A DNA stretch of 64,000 nucleotides from Flectonema sp. DT1601 (Eukaryota). Numbering within the stretch: the first letter of the stretch is position 1; the number at the start of each line of letters is the position of its first letter. The notes beneath the pieces were generated by a model. It saw nothing but the letters and a program-made list of their open reading frames with translations. It was not told the DNA's origin and did no database searches. Location: NCBI GenBank assembly GCA_964019425.1, contig OZ025790.1, positions 186,001 to 250,000 on the forward strand. The letters are read 5' to 3'. Position numbers and translations under genes: made by a program. Below are positions 11,395-23,400 of the stretch, in pieces.

Positions 11395-12276
11395 CTACGG
11401 TACGTCGTATCCGTACTTCTGTAAGAAACGTTTCTGAACATCGTAAACACAGATAGCTATTCCGAAGAGTGGAGCAATCGCTGTAACACGAGGAAGTAAT
11501 CCAAGAAACAATGAACTGGTTCCCTCTGTTTTAATAATTTTCCTCGCAACTGTTGCCATATTTCCTTTATCTCCAGCCTGAAGACGAGTTTTAATGACAT
11601 CTACAGGAGTGCTGATCGCCGCTGCTAACACTCCAGCAGTGATACCAGCTAAGAAAGAAAACAACAACCTCTTACTTTCCGATAGATCTTCAGTTATACA
11701 CTTACGTTTAATATGACTTTGAACAGGAAAGAATACAATGTTAAAAACAACATCTCTCGATAGTGTTGAGACATAACCCTTGTACATTCCCTTTAGTCCG
11801 AGTTCTTTACAGACACTGAGAGCTCCACGACCTGATAATTGGCATCTTATTTTCACAATTTCCATCGGTGTAGTTACAATAACCTGGGCAACAGCTGCGA
11901 TTACTGCGGCGGTTGCTTCAGCACGTTGGGTGATGGTTCCGTCTGGTTGTTTTAAAGAGTCTCTCGCAACGTCAAAAACCGCTAATTTCAATCCCTTTTC
12001 AGGTATAACTCCTGTCAAGTTTGCTCGCAGTCCATCATACCATCCGACAACACCTCTTCTGGCTCTGACGTTTTTTAATACATCGAGTAAGCCTACATAG
12101 AGAGGTTCTCCTGGCATTGGTTTTTGTAATCTAGTCTTCGCAAAGTCGATTGGGTAGCAAATTGAAACTCCAACAGCACCTGCTACTGATCCTGCTGCCA
12201 ATTTTGATATCATCGATTCAGCGAATGTCATCTTTTTAAGAGCTCCATTCCGGATGTTCTCGGCATTTACCTGCAT
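11395..12276 (-). CDS. Mitochondrial carrier family (SLC25) protein, glutamate-carrier-like
   Basis: 293 aa; three Px[D/E]xxKxR signatures (PIDFAKTRLQ, PMEIVKIRCQ, PVDVIKTRLQ); GLRANLTGVIPEKGLKL resembles the glutamate carriers SLC25A18/22. Confidence 0.92.
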   Translation of the reverse strand: MQVNAENIRNGALKKMTFAESMISKLAAGSVAGAVGVSICYPIDFAKTRLQKPMPGEPLYVGLLDVLKNVRARRGVVGWYDGLRANLTGVIPEKGLKLAVFDVARDSLKQPDGTITQRAEATAAVIAAVAQVIVTTPMEIVKIRCQLSGRGALSVCKELGLKGMYKGYVSTLSRDVVFNIVFFPVQSHIKRKCITEDLSESKRLLFSFLAGITAGVLAAAISTPVDVIKTRLQAGDKGNMATVARKIIKTEGTSSLFLGLLPRVTAIAPLFGIAICVYDVQKRFLQKYGYDVP

Positions 12277-12406
12277 CTCCTTCTTCTATTAAAGAAAATA
12301 GAAATATAAATTTTTTTAAAAAAAAAAGAGATAATTCGTGTGATGGAAAAAAAACCCACTCGCATTGCTTTTGTCTACTGTAACTGAGAAGTGGTAATAG
12401 CGCCTA

Positions 12407-12442
<36 letters not shown>

Positions 12443-12652
12443 CCGTAATGTCTCACATGCTTCAAAATCTCATTTTATCAACAGAGAAAAAAAAAGTGGA
12501 TTATTTTCGACTAAAAATATCAACTGGCTCGGCACAATCAAAGGAAGCTCGTCAGTACTTCCCACTGCAGCGTTTAGTATCGGTGGAGAAAAGTTGTACA
12601 AGAAGTTCAACTCGTCATCGATTATCTGGTTATCTCCTGCAATGAATTGTTT

Positions 12653-13045
12653 TCACGCAGATACAGCAGAGTATTTGACTTTCTGAATAGTAATATCTTC
12701 ACTGAGGCTTTCCGACACCTCACTTTCAAGTAAAGAGGTTAGTTCTCTGTTTCCTATTCTCCATACCACATGTTCATCTTCGATACACATTGCGAATTGA
12801 CTTGGTCCACTTATTGGTGATGACATCCAGAGCTCTTCTTTTGGAGCTTGTTTGTTTAGTACGTATGTTCCTACATTTTTAACCCTTATCTCTAGCACAC
12901 CTTCTGAAGGAAGAACGTCGTCAATACGTTCATTGAGTTCACCTAATTCATCGAAAACGTCACAAACTGCGTCAAGGGTTCTCTGAACTGCTGAAAGGTA
13001 AGCTGCACTTGCTTGGGTCCTAAACTGAATGGCTCTTCGAAACAT
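12653..13045 (-). CDS. FXN: Frataxin (CyaY family)
   Basis: 130 aa; short mitochondrial presequence MFRRAIQFR; hallmark SEGVLEI...GTYVLNKQAPKEELWMSSPISGP. Confidence 0.93.
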   Translation of the reverse strand: MFRRAIQFRTQASAAYLSAVQRTLDAVCDVFDELGELNERIDDVLPSEGVLEIRVKNVGTYVLNKQAPKEELWMSSPISGPSQFAMCIEDEHVVWRIGNRELTSLLESEVSESLSEDITIQKVKYSAVSA

Positions 13046-14984
13046 TTTCTTTTTTTTTTTTTTTTTTTCTGTTGTGAGTATAATGTATCATCCGAGCATA
13101 GCTACTTGGTTTCATAAGTAATCCATACCCTCTCTTCACTTTCACTCATCAGTATTGGTGTGGAAGGGGTACTGTGTTGGGGAGAATAGAAACTATTTTA
13201 CCCACAAATCATAAAAGAATATTTGTCTCATTCCATTAGCAAGTGCAAAACACGGATTTCTCGAAAGCGAATAGAAAGAAAACATCTAAGGCCGGGAGGA
13301 AAATCCTTCCTTTTCTTTGCAATGCCAACGGAGTCAAATAAAAAAAAAAAAAAAAAAAAGAACGCTTTTACAAACAGGGAAATACCTGAAACGGAAACTC
13401 TTACCTCTTCTGTATAAAATAATAACAAAAGAATGTTCACATACAACACACATTTTTCGTTTCCAAAGTATTTACCGTATTTTCAAAACGGTGACGATAG
13501 AGGAAGAGGGGAAAAAAAAAAAAAACGAAGCTCCCAAGTTGACTGATACGCCAGGCGTGATAAGTTTTTTTTTGCGCTTTAAAAAAAAACAGGCACCAGG
13601 TCAAGTAACGTTTAATTATAAATATAAAAGAACGTTACGTTCAGCGTTTCTACGAAAATAAAGAAAAATGCAGATCACAAAAAGGGACACCACACAAGTA
13701 GTTATTGTAAAAAGAAGAAGACAATCAACCCGAGGGGAAATAGTGACGACAATTGCGTACAGCAGTGTCTGCTTTTAACTACAACGGTTCACCCAAAGGC
13801 CTTGAAAACCTACAAGGTGATGTCGTGAAAGCAACTCCCCCTTGTCATGCTGCTTGAAAGTAACTTCACAAAAAAAAAAAAAAAAAAAAAAAAAATAGAA
13901 CTTGGGGAATCGAACTTGACACACTTGTGTTGTCGATTATTTGTTTTTGCCGAGCTATGATCTTCTGGTACTTCTTGTATGAAAACACTTTTTCAATTGT
14001 TAGCGTGCTAAGTCACATTCTAATGTCGATAACCAATCTTGTGCGAGGGACATATGCACGTCTTTCAGAAAGGATTGCAGTAATCCCCCTTCAAGACACC
14101 AACAAACAAAAAAGGAATTCAATTGGGGCGGAGGACCAAGAAGGTGGAAAAACCAGAAAAGAGCTGTGCAGCCCGTTGAAGAAATAAAGAGATAGGGAGA
14201 TAGGTGTTAAATCTTTTTTCTTTTTTTTTTTTCAAGTTTTAACGAGAAAAAAAAAAAAAAAAAGAATATATTTTTTTCCAAAATTACCAATCCCACGGTC
14301 TTCGTAGACGCTACGCAAGAAAAGAAATATTCAGAAAGGAAAATAAATAGGGAGTGAGATAGATAATTAAAGCAAGACTAACAAAATAGTTCGAAAGGGG
14401 TCACCTCGATAAAAAAGGAACGGCGATAAATTCAACAATGTAAATATAAAAAAAAAATAGAGGGCGAAATTCAACTGATAAAGCGGCCTTTTGCTGGACA
14501 TTGTTGTCTGCTGCAGTTTTGTTATCCGAAGGGGAAAAAAGAAGAGAGAGAAGACAAAAAAAAAAAACAAGAAATTGCTAGAAAAACTCCGTAGAAAATA
14601 TTAATCGATCGTGAAAATTGCGATAACGAGCAAAGAGATTTTCTCCTGAGAAGCTTTCAGCGAGTACAGGCAGCTTAAGACGCTGTCTCTGCTTTAGTGT
14701 TCGTAGAAAATTTATTTATTCGTCGTAACCTTAATGATAAATTAGCAAAAAAAAAAAAAAAAAAAAGGAAAAAAAAAGGAAACATATTTTCTCCTGAAGA
14801 AAAGATTTCAAAGCAAACAAAAGGTTTTTTTTTTTCACAACAATAAAATCCCTTGACATAAACGCGGTTATGTTTGTCCAACAGTTTTTTTTTTTTTTTT
14901 TTTTTTCCCCATCTCCTTCCCATCAGAGAAGAGACTTTTTCGAAAAGAGAGAGTGACAGGATACTCACGACTGATACAGCAGTC

Positions 14985-16406
14985 TCAATAATGAACCAAC
15001 GTATGCTCGTACGATACGAACCAGGTCGTGTACGCTATACAACTGAGGAGAACACTAAGAAGAGATATGGAAACAAGAGTCGCAAATTCAGTCGGTTCTG
15101 GAAAAAACATTCCCGAGATAGAAACACAAACTAACATTAGCTGAGTCACCGCTGTATGAACAGAGTTGACTACTCCTCGTTCAGATTCTTGGACAGTATC
15201 TTGAAGTAGTTTTTGAATAGTCAGATCAAAACACCAAAGTAATGCTCTGCTTACTGTTACTGATACGATCATTACGATAGCAGATGTTTGAGTGGTTCCG
15301 TAAAACATAAAACTAGCACCGATTGGTAATAATAATAACCAAAACATCCAAACAAACAACAATCCTGAAGTAGAATCATCTGACAGTCGTCTAACTATGA
15401 CGGGATGAAGCCATGTTCCGATTATACCAAACATCGCACCAATACCTCTAGATATACCAAGGGGACCTTCAGGTATCCCTAACCATTTTAAATACGAAGT
15501 CATTAGCACTCCATTATCAAGAACTGTAAACCATAACAATCCATAAGCTATTGATGCTTGTGATACAGGATGACGCCAATACGATTTCCATCCATCGATC
15601 AGAACCGACACCGGATTAGTAATTTGACGTGTTTTTATATTCTTAACTCCCAATGTAGGAACTGAATTATAAACCCTACTAACCGTGTAGTATTCCAGTG
15701 GAATTACTATAACGTTCCAGATGACAAGAAGTAATAAAGCATTCGCAAGTTTTTGCAAAGGAGACTGAGCTGATAGCTGAACGAATAAACCAAAGCAAGC
15801 AGGTCCTAATAACTTGCATCCTAAGTCGATTGTTCTCATGTTACGATTCATTTCAGCAGTTGATTCTTGAAGAATATTAGCAATAACAACAACCCAGTCT
15901 TTTTCTAATGACTGTTGTCCGATTCTCATGCTGATCTCTGTTGCTGCATTTGCAAGACAGAGGAGAGTAAAAAGAACTGTTTCTGTCAGTGTCCATACCG
16001 GATAATCTGGGTCTTCAGACACAGCTGCGACGCAATATAATAAAAACGCTGCTATAATAATCGAACAACTCTCACCGAATATCGATATTCCCAAAACTTT
16101 CATCCTGTCTTGTGAATCACTCCATGCTCCAACATAAGGCATAACAATACACGTAACAATATTCGTCGTAAATGTCACCGCAGCTGCTGGAAACAAGGTT
16201 TCCTTCCAGACATCCATTAGCATGATTGGTACAGCAAATTGCCATAATCTATCATCAAATGTTGATACGAAATGACTGATATATAAATACATTGGTGCTT
16301 CTCTTGCTCTGTCAATATGATCTTGATCGTAGTCTACGGGAGGTGGTGGTGGTGCTGTTCCATAATGTTTACGCTCTCCATTATTCAAAGGAATGATGGT
16401 AGCCAT
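14985..16406 (-). CDS. SLC40A1: Ferroportin (SLC40/IREG) iron exporter
   Basis: Multi-TM protein with LYISHFVSTFDDRLWQFAVP, SLEKDWVVV, MNRNMRTIDLGCKLLGP, FTVLDNGVLMTSYL and SRALLWCFDL motifs typical of ferroportin. First ATG is at 16406 (the ORF-track start 16409 is TTG). Confidence 0.93.
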   Translation of the reverse strand: MATIIPLNNGERKHYGTAPPPPPVDYDQDHIDRAREAPMYLYISHFVSTFDDRLWQFAVPIMLMDVWKETLFPAAAVTFTTNIVTCIVMPYVGAWSDSQDRMKVLGISIFGESCSIIIAAFLLYCVAAVSEDPDYPVWTLTETVLFTLLCLANAATEISMRIGQQSLEKDWVVVIANILQESTAEMNRNMRTIDLGCKLLGPACFGLFVQLSAQSPLQKLANALLLLVIWNVIVIPLEYYTVSRVYNSVPTLGVKNIKTRQITNPVSVLIDGWKSYWRHPVSQASIAYGLLWFTVLDNGVLMTSYLKWLGIPEGPLGISRGIGAMFGIIGTWLHPVIVRRLSDDSTSGLLFVWMFWLLLLPIGASFMFYGTTQTSAIVMIVSVTVSRALLWCFDLTIQKLLQDTVQESERGVVNSVHTAVTQLMLVCVSISGMFFPEPTEFATLVSISLLSVLLSCIAYTTWFVSYEHTLVHY

Positions 16407-16834
16407 CAAATATAATTAAGATAACTGTGTTTTTTTTTTGGGAAATAGTTTTAATTAAATGAGCTAGTCCCTGACTGTCAGAAACAACGTTGTAGCACCT
16501 CTTGTTTAGGTTGTTATAGCAGTCCTGTAGAAAAAGGGAAGGGGGAAAAATTATTTTTTTTTAAAAAAAAAAAAAAAAAAAGGATATCGAAGTTCCACAA
16601 AGAACGGCTATTTACAACCAAAATAAGGGGAAGAAGGAGAAACAGGAATGTGAACCAACCAAGAATACCAGGAAAGAATAATCACATTGGATGTCATTCC
16701 CATGTGCGGTATTATCTTTCGCAAAAAAAAAAAAAAAAAAAGTCCGTTTGTTTACAATATATTATTACAGTCACAATAAGTCACGAGTGACTAATCCTTA
16801 GTAGCAGTGTCAATCAATAAGAAGATTGAATTAT

Positions 16835-17518
16835 TTACGTAGTACTCTCACCCCAGCTGTCAACTGTAAGATCATCACTGAAGTAAATATGAAGTGCGGG
16901 GATGTAGTAGTCATTTGGTAGTCCCAACTTCTCGAAAACATCACTCTCATCAGGGATGTTATTGTCTTCGAGTGTTTTACTCATGTCAAGATCACGTGAT
17001 GTTGACTCATGACGTCTCCAGATATATGATGCCGCATGCGCATTGATATTCAGGTATCTGGTTTGAATTTCAACTAGAGTTTCTTCACTGCAAACCTCAA
17101 GGGTAACTTCATGATTATTTAACGTGTTTATTATTCTAACTAGTCTCGGTTTCTTTGTTAAAACTCCAATAACGTATCTATCATCCTTCCACCATGGGAC
17201 TTCATACCCATGATCAATTTTATTATCAACATCGAGTCCTGGAACATGAACGAATTTACCATTTGGTTGATAGTATGTTTGTAGTCCAGTCTTGACGTCG
17301 GTACACATTCTGATGTCTGGAGGTGATTTTGATTTATCAAACCAATGTGATATATCTGTACCAGCAGCTCTTATTAATGGTTCAGATGAAATACCTGGAT
17401 ATTTATCAATAAGTTGTGTTAAGTCGAGTACTTTCCCAAGTACAGAAACCCAAGCATCATTTTCAGTGTTGTGACGACGAACTTCGTTAGGTGTGAGGTA
17501 TCTACGACCTGTCGTCAT
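16835..17518 (-). CDS. CYB5D1: Cytochrome b5 domain-containing protein 1 (flagellar CYB5D1 family)
   Basis: 227 aa; RYLTPNEVRRHNTENDAWVS, AGTDISHWFD, PWWKD...GVLTKKPRLVRIINTL, NAHAASYIW, LHIYFSDDLT match CYB5D1. Confidence 0.92.
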   Translation of the reverse strand: MTTGRRYLTPNEVRRHNTENDAWVSVLGKVLDLTQLIDKYPGISSEPLIRAAGTDISHWFDKSKSPPDIRMCTDVKTGLQTYYQPNGKFVHVPGLDVDNKIDHGYEVPWWKDDRYVIGVLTKKPRLVRIINTLNNHEVTLEVCSEETLVEIQTRYLNINAHAASYIWRRHESTSRDLDMSKTLEDNNIPDESDVFEKLGLPNDYYIPALHIYFSDDLTVDSWGESTT

Positions 17519-18295
17519 ATTGTAATATCACTTTTTTTTCAGTAAACAATAAACATTATAAAGGATTTCACAGGGAAACTAAAAGTTTCGTTGTACTCAC
17601 TTTCCTGAGTGTTTCTCCCAAGACTATACAACACACTTCTTATAAGAAGGTACTCTTCACACCCCTCCCCAGCTGCCAACTGTAAAAGCAAAATAAAAAT
17701 AACAACATCACCACAATAATCAGAGATAATTAAACACGTCAATCACAAATCATTACCACCTCTCAATTAAGGTGTGTACTACTCTAGGAGGAATGAGAAA
17801 TCAAAAATAACAAACAGAAACTTACTACAAAATACGTAAATAAAAAAAAAATGAAGACACCAATTAAGGAAATCGTAGTCTTTTCAAGTCTGCAAGGGAA
17901 CTACAAAATGTTTTGCTCGTTTAGCTGTCAAGCCACGTAGTCCAACCTCAATGATGAGATTTAATGTGTGACAATTATCCTTATTCAGCAATAATGGGTA
18001 CTAAAACTTTAATAACAAATAAAAAGGAATGTAGGAATAAACCACTACATTTATGGAGGCAAGAATATAAGGTTTACACACAACAATAATGTATATAAAA
18101 AGAAAATTATAAAAAAAATATTTATAATAAAAAAAAAAAAAAGAAGAAGAAGGTGAAGTGATCCTAACGATGACATCGTCTCCCCCTCCTCCCCCTTTTT
18201 CTCCATGAAATCGAGTGTTGGGTTATTTGTTAGTAAAAACAACTAAGCAAAACACACACAGATTACTTCAGAGTTACTATATAGGTTTGTTATAT

Positions 18296-20070
18296 GAGGA
18301 TGTGCAGAAACCCCCCCCCCAATTTTTACCAGGCTATCCCGTGGGCACCTAACACCCAATCCGAGCCCACCACCCCACGAAAATAGTATCCAAAAAACTC
18401 AAATCCGGTACTGGGGCACCCTTTTACTGCCCACCAGTTTAAAAATTTCACTTTTTTGACTGTTTCTAGTAACATTTGCCTTGTAAGCTGTGTGGCACTG
18501 GTAGAAATTATGTTTGAAATTTTGTTTTTCTTGAAGGCCCAGATTTCCTGCGATTTAGATGCGAGTGTCAGCACAGATGTGATATTGCCAAAGTGTCAAC
18601 CACATTCGGACTTGCCATGCCGACTAGGGAAAAAGTTAACCCAAGCTGATTAACCTATTTTACAGAACAGGCTGATGACGGTTGTGTTCTCAAGGTGCCT
18701 ACCAGCATCAGCCCAATAGTGAATCATCTTATCATTCTCAGACATCAAGAAGAACTTATTCATAACCTGATACGTTACTATCGCATTCTGGTTGATGTGT
18801 GGGAGTAGGAAGTTGTTATGGCCACACTGAACCTCAGTTCCAAACTGCTCATGTAGTACACATCCAAGCAGACTATTTCCCCTGTTGATAGAAAGGGGAA
18901 TTTGGCCCTTCTGTCATTAGAAGCCCTTTTCTTTATAATCCAGAGTCATGATATAGTCACCAGGATGGATTAGATGTATCTTCTCAATACACCTGACATG
19001 TCTCTTATCTTCAATGTGAGAATCTATTTCAATAATTCCTCTCATTGTTGTTCGCTTCTCAGCTTCGGACTTTATGAGCGCCAGAAGGAAGTTACGATGA
19101 TGTTGAAGGCCCCAGAGATCCACCCATTACGTCTGTCAACATCACAGATACATGTGGCGAATACTGAAGATGCCGGGCAGGCAAGCTTCTTTCATGGATT
19201 CTTGTCGATGAGACGGTAGTTGCACACATTCGTACAGCGTCGTAACTGCTGAAACTCAACTCCAGGTAGAGAACAGTACTGTGTGTATGAGATAGTGTCT
19301 TTTAGAGGGGAGTTATTATCGACTAGTTGATACGAGGTCATCATGTTTTCAACAGTAACAGTAAAAGTAACTGCCTCTCTCCTTTTTTTGATACTTGGAG
19401 GAGTTTTATATTATGGTACCAATAATGGTTACCAGTTCTTATTGAACCTGATTTTTCATGTCAGGTGTTACAACTGACAGGCAACCACTGACTCCACCTT
19501 CTTGTCCCTATTCTTCCACAATTCCTTTCCTACTACTATCCCAGTCTTATTCACTTCTGCTATCCCCAGCCACTGGAACATAGAGCTTGTAGCGGCGTCC
19601 TCAAGCGGCTATAGATTCTAGAAAAACTCCAGTAATCCTGAGGGTGTACTTATTGTGAACAGCATGCTCACATTGCTCAATCATCACTGCCAGCAAGGGT
19701 GACTCAGAATCACCACCCGATATCGTACTCTGCAGTTCTCACGGGATCTATGATTCTCCTGTCTCATCACTTCTCCTGTTCCTATCATTCCAGTCTTCAT
19801 AGGAACCCAGGGTGTAAACAAATTTTTGCAATGTAGCTGCTAAGCTGGTTTTTGAGTATTTTGAGGGCAACCAACAGAGACACAAGGCAAAAGTACCAGA
19901 AACAGTCAAAAAATATAGAATTTTGAAACTGGTGAGCAGTTAGAGGATGCCCCAGTACCGGATTTGAGTTTTTTGGATAGTATTTTCGTGGGGTGGTGAG
20001 CTCGGATTGGGTATTAGGTGCCCACAGAATAGCCTGGTAAAAATTGGGGGGGGGGTTTCTGCACCGCCTC
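18296..20070 (-). mobile_element. Decayed Sola2-type DNA transposon (1775 bp, ~190-bp TIRs)
   Basis: Inverted repeats 18296-~18484 and ~19882-20070 with GAG...CTC termini and ATAT on both flanks; internal minus-strand transposase remnant. Confidence 0.85.
18580..19123 (-). pseudogene. Sola-type DDD transposase pseudogene (catalytic core)
   Basis: One reading frame with in-frame stops: ...YIMTLDYKEKGF**...SLLGCVLH...IHYWADAGRHLEN...G*SAWVNFFPSRHGKSECG*HFGN, matching the Sola2 D(F/Y)xEN / (W/F)SDxxxxF / FFxxxHGKxxCDxxF motifs. Confidence 0.8.
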
Positions 20071-20475
20071 ATATAAAAAAAAAAAAAAAAAAAATCAAAA
20101 AAAAAAAAATCACAATTGTTCTGCTGTTCCAAATACAACACCAGTGGAATACGTAGGTTTGGGAGCATTACTCCTCCCGTGAAGACTTCATTCCAGTTTT
20201 TTTTTTTTTCTTTTTTTTTTTTTTTTGATAGGTTGGATTTTTCATCAAAAAAAAAACGGGTCTATCTCAAAAACAGAATTTCTTAAAAGAGTATAGAGCA
20301 ACAGAAATAAAAAACATCATCTGAATAACACACATCCACTTTAGTGAATGATAGTTTTGACAAAAAAAAAAAAAAAAAAGAAATAACGAAGCAGAAAATG
20401 ATTTAAAAAAATATCTAAAAAGGGATTCAACTCAAAGGCGTTATTGAGTACAAGATTCACTCAAGAACCCCAACT

Positions 20476-23400
20476 TCAAATATCGAACTCACTGAAATGA
20501 GGAGGCTGATTCTTACCTGAAGGAGAGTAAGAAGCAGCTGCGTGATTAACACCTGAAATGGGAGAACTGTTACCGTTACTACGTTCAGAAGGTGGGATAG
20601 GTGTATCGAAATCTTGCCATTTTGGTACATCACCACCACTGGTGTCATTCGGTGCAGCACTGTGATCAACATCCAGATTGTGATTGCCGCTCATAATAAG
20701 AGAATGAAGCTCTTCAAGAACATCTGAATTCTTGGATTTTAATTTTGAACTACTCGGCGGCTGTATAAAACTACTATCCTCACGGAGTGGCACAAGAGGC
20801 GCTGAAGCAGCAATAGGCGGCTGCAGCTGCGATGCTAACAATTGTCTCTCTAAATCATCAATACGACCACGTAGAGCTGCTTCAGAGTTGGGAGAGAGCG
20901 TGTTGAATTGCGGGGTTTGATTATCAGTTATAGGAAGTGCATCACTTCTAGCAGTATCGAATACTGGTGCTGGTGGTGCTTGATCCACCTCAACCATTCT
21001 TTGATCGGTTCTCGTCATTTGAATAGTAGTGTCAGGATTCGCATAAGACTTAGCTTCACCCGATGCTGGTGGTCCTAAAAATTGATTTGGTGGTTCATCT
21101 GCTGGTGGTGGTGGAGGTATGAATGGTGTTCCCCCCGGTAGCCTTTCATTCCTGCTGTACGGTGCGTAGTCAATATTGGGTGTATTATCAGCAGTCGGAG
21201 ATTTTGGTTCTTCTTCGTTATGTTTTTTATCTTTTTTACGAGTAGCAGTAACAATCATTATTAAACAACAAATAACACCTGCGACAACAAGAAACCAAAA
21301 CCACCACTTTGTCGTCACAGCATCATCACTAGGGGATGCGGCTTGTGGAGGTTGCGTCACACTTAAGCAGAATGCAACTTTTCCAGTAGCTGAACCATGT
21401 TTTCCAGCTTCATTACAAGTACAAGTCCAATCATCTGTTGATGAGAGAGAAGTGTTTGCGTCATTACATGTTTGGTTTCCACATGCGTTATTGTTAAAGC
21501 ATTCATCCATTCCACATTCAGCAACATCTCTTGTTGCAGATCCGGTAAGTGGAAGTCGACAAACACATCTCCAATTGTTAGAAGCTGAACTCGGATCTTC
21601 ACAATCTTGATCAGCATTAGTACAAGTTCTGTTATTATTTCCTGTAACACAATCATTCTCAAAACAAGTACTTCTACCATTCTCTTTACATCCTCCAGCC
21701 CAAGGAGCTTCACAACAACAACTCCAATCACCAGTAGAAGATGGAGACGTATTAGGATCTGTACATCTTTGATTAGGACCACAGGTTACGTTTCTGCATT
21801 CATCAAATACACAAATAGCACCCATGCCAGTTGATGCACCAGTTTGCCCTGCTGGACAAACACATCTGAAGTCACCCATTGCTGAAGACCCTTCTTCACA
21901 TATCTGAGGTGATGGACAGGTATCTGGTTGACATTCTCCTATAAAACAAGATGCTACTGGTTTACCTATCTCTCTACCTCTGAGATCACCATCACAGGTA
22001 CAGGTGTAGTCACGAATTGAAGAAGAATCAGTGTTTGGATCGTTACATGTTTGTTGACTGCCACACTTTACATAATCGCATTCATTTATAACACAAACAC
22101 CAGGAAAAGCAGTTCCTGCATTACCAGTTGAAGGAGGTACGCAACGACATTCCCAATCACCTGTACTGTTATTTCCAAGGTCTGGATCAAAACAAGTCTG
22201 CGTAGCAGCCAGGCATGTTGTTGAGAAGGCTGTGCATTCACCTCTTGGGGAAGTGCATGTCGCTGGTCCACCAACACGGAAACCATCAGAGTTTAAACAA
22301 TTACACTGCCAGTCACCAACTGATGACGCTGATGTATTGGTATCAATACAATTTTGTGATTCATAGAAACAAGTCATTCTATTATTAAGACACTCGTCCA
22401 ATACACAAGACTCTGCGACAGCTGCTTTTTGTTTTCCGATACTTGGAGAGGCACAGACACATTCCCAATCACCAACTGAATCAGTGCTTGTGTTAGGATC
22501 ATTACAAGTCTGACCAGCATCTACACAAATCTGAGACTTGCTGTCATCTTCGCATTCATTTAATATACAAGTTGCGTGAGTGGCGACAGCAGAACCAGAG
22601 AATGGAGATATACAGCGACACTCCCAGTCTCCTTGATTGTTAGTACTGATGTTAGGGTCAGCACAAGATTGTTTTTTAGTAGCACAGAAAGGAGCTCTGA
22701 CAGCGCATTCTCCCGTGTTGTTACAACTGGCTGGACCTGCTACAGCTGATCCGAAGTTTGGAGAGACACAAACACATTCCCAGTCACCAGGTGAAAGTTT
22801 TGATGGATCATTACATGCCTGACCTACTGAAAAACAAGTATCAGAATAAGTACCACATTCATCAACTTCACATGTTGCGACTGCTCCCCGTAAGGATCCA
22901 CGTGATGGAGCTCTACAACTACAAGACCAGTCATTTCTCATTCCAATAGTAGGGTTGTCATCCTTACAAGTTTGACCTGCTAATTCACAAATATTACCGG
23001 AGCCGTTATCAGCACATCCTTTACAAGTTTCTCTGCACTCATCGTAGACGCAGTCTGCAGCAGCTCCAACCTTTGGAACTCCCCTGCTGGGGGCTATACA
23101 AGCACATTGCCAATTACCAAGTACGGGGTTCGGATCAATACACGTCTGTCCTACAGAAGTACACGTCGTAAAACTTGTAGCACACTCACCGCTGTAAGTA
23201 CAATTAGCTGGTCCACCAACTTGAGTTGTTGTTCCAGGAGCACAAGTACAAAACCAATCGTTTAGTGTTAGAGGGTTAGTTGATGGATCGGTACAGGTCT
23301 GTCCACGTGACCAGCATACGTCACCGTTTGCATTGCATTCATTTAAAACACAAATTGCTCTTGTGGCTACAGCACTCCCTTCGAGATCACCTGTACATTC

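Noticed and set aside
2289..13915. Isolated B-box-like GTTCGATTCCCC (minus strand) at 2289-2300 and 13904-13915, and GTTCGAATC near 10351
   Set aside because: No cloverleaf can be folded around them, and such short motifs are expected by chance.
16407..16560. Iron-responsive element upstream of ferroportin
   Set aside because: No CAGUGN-loop stem found; only a short palindrome (ctgactgtcag).
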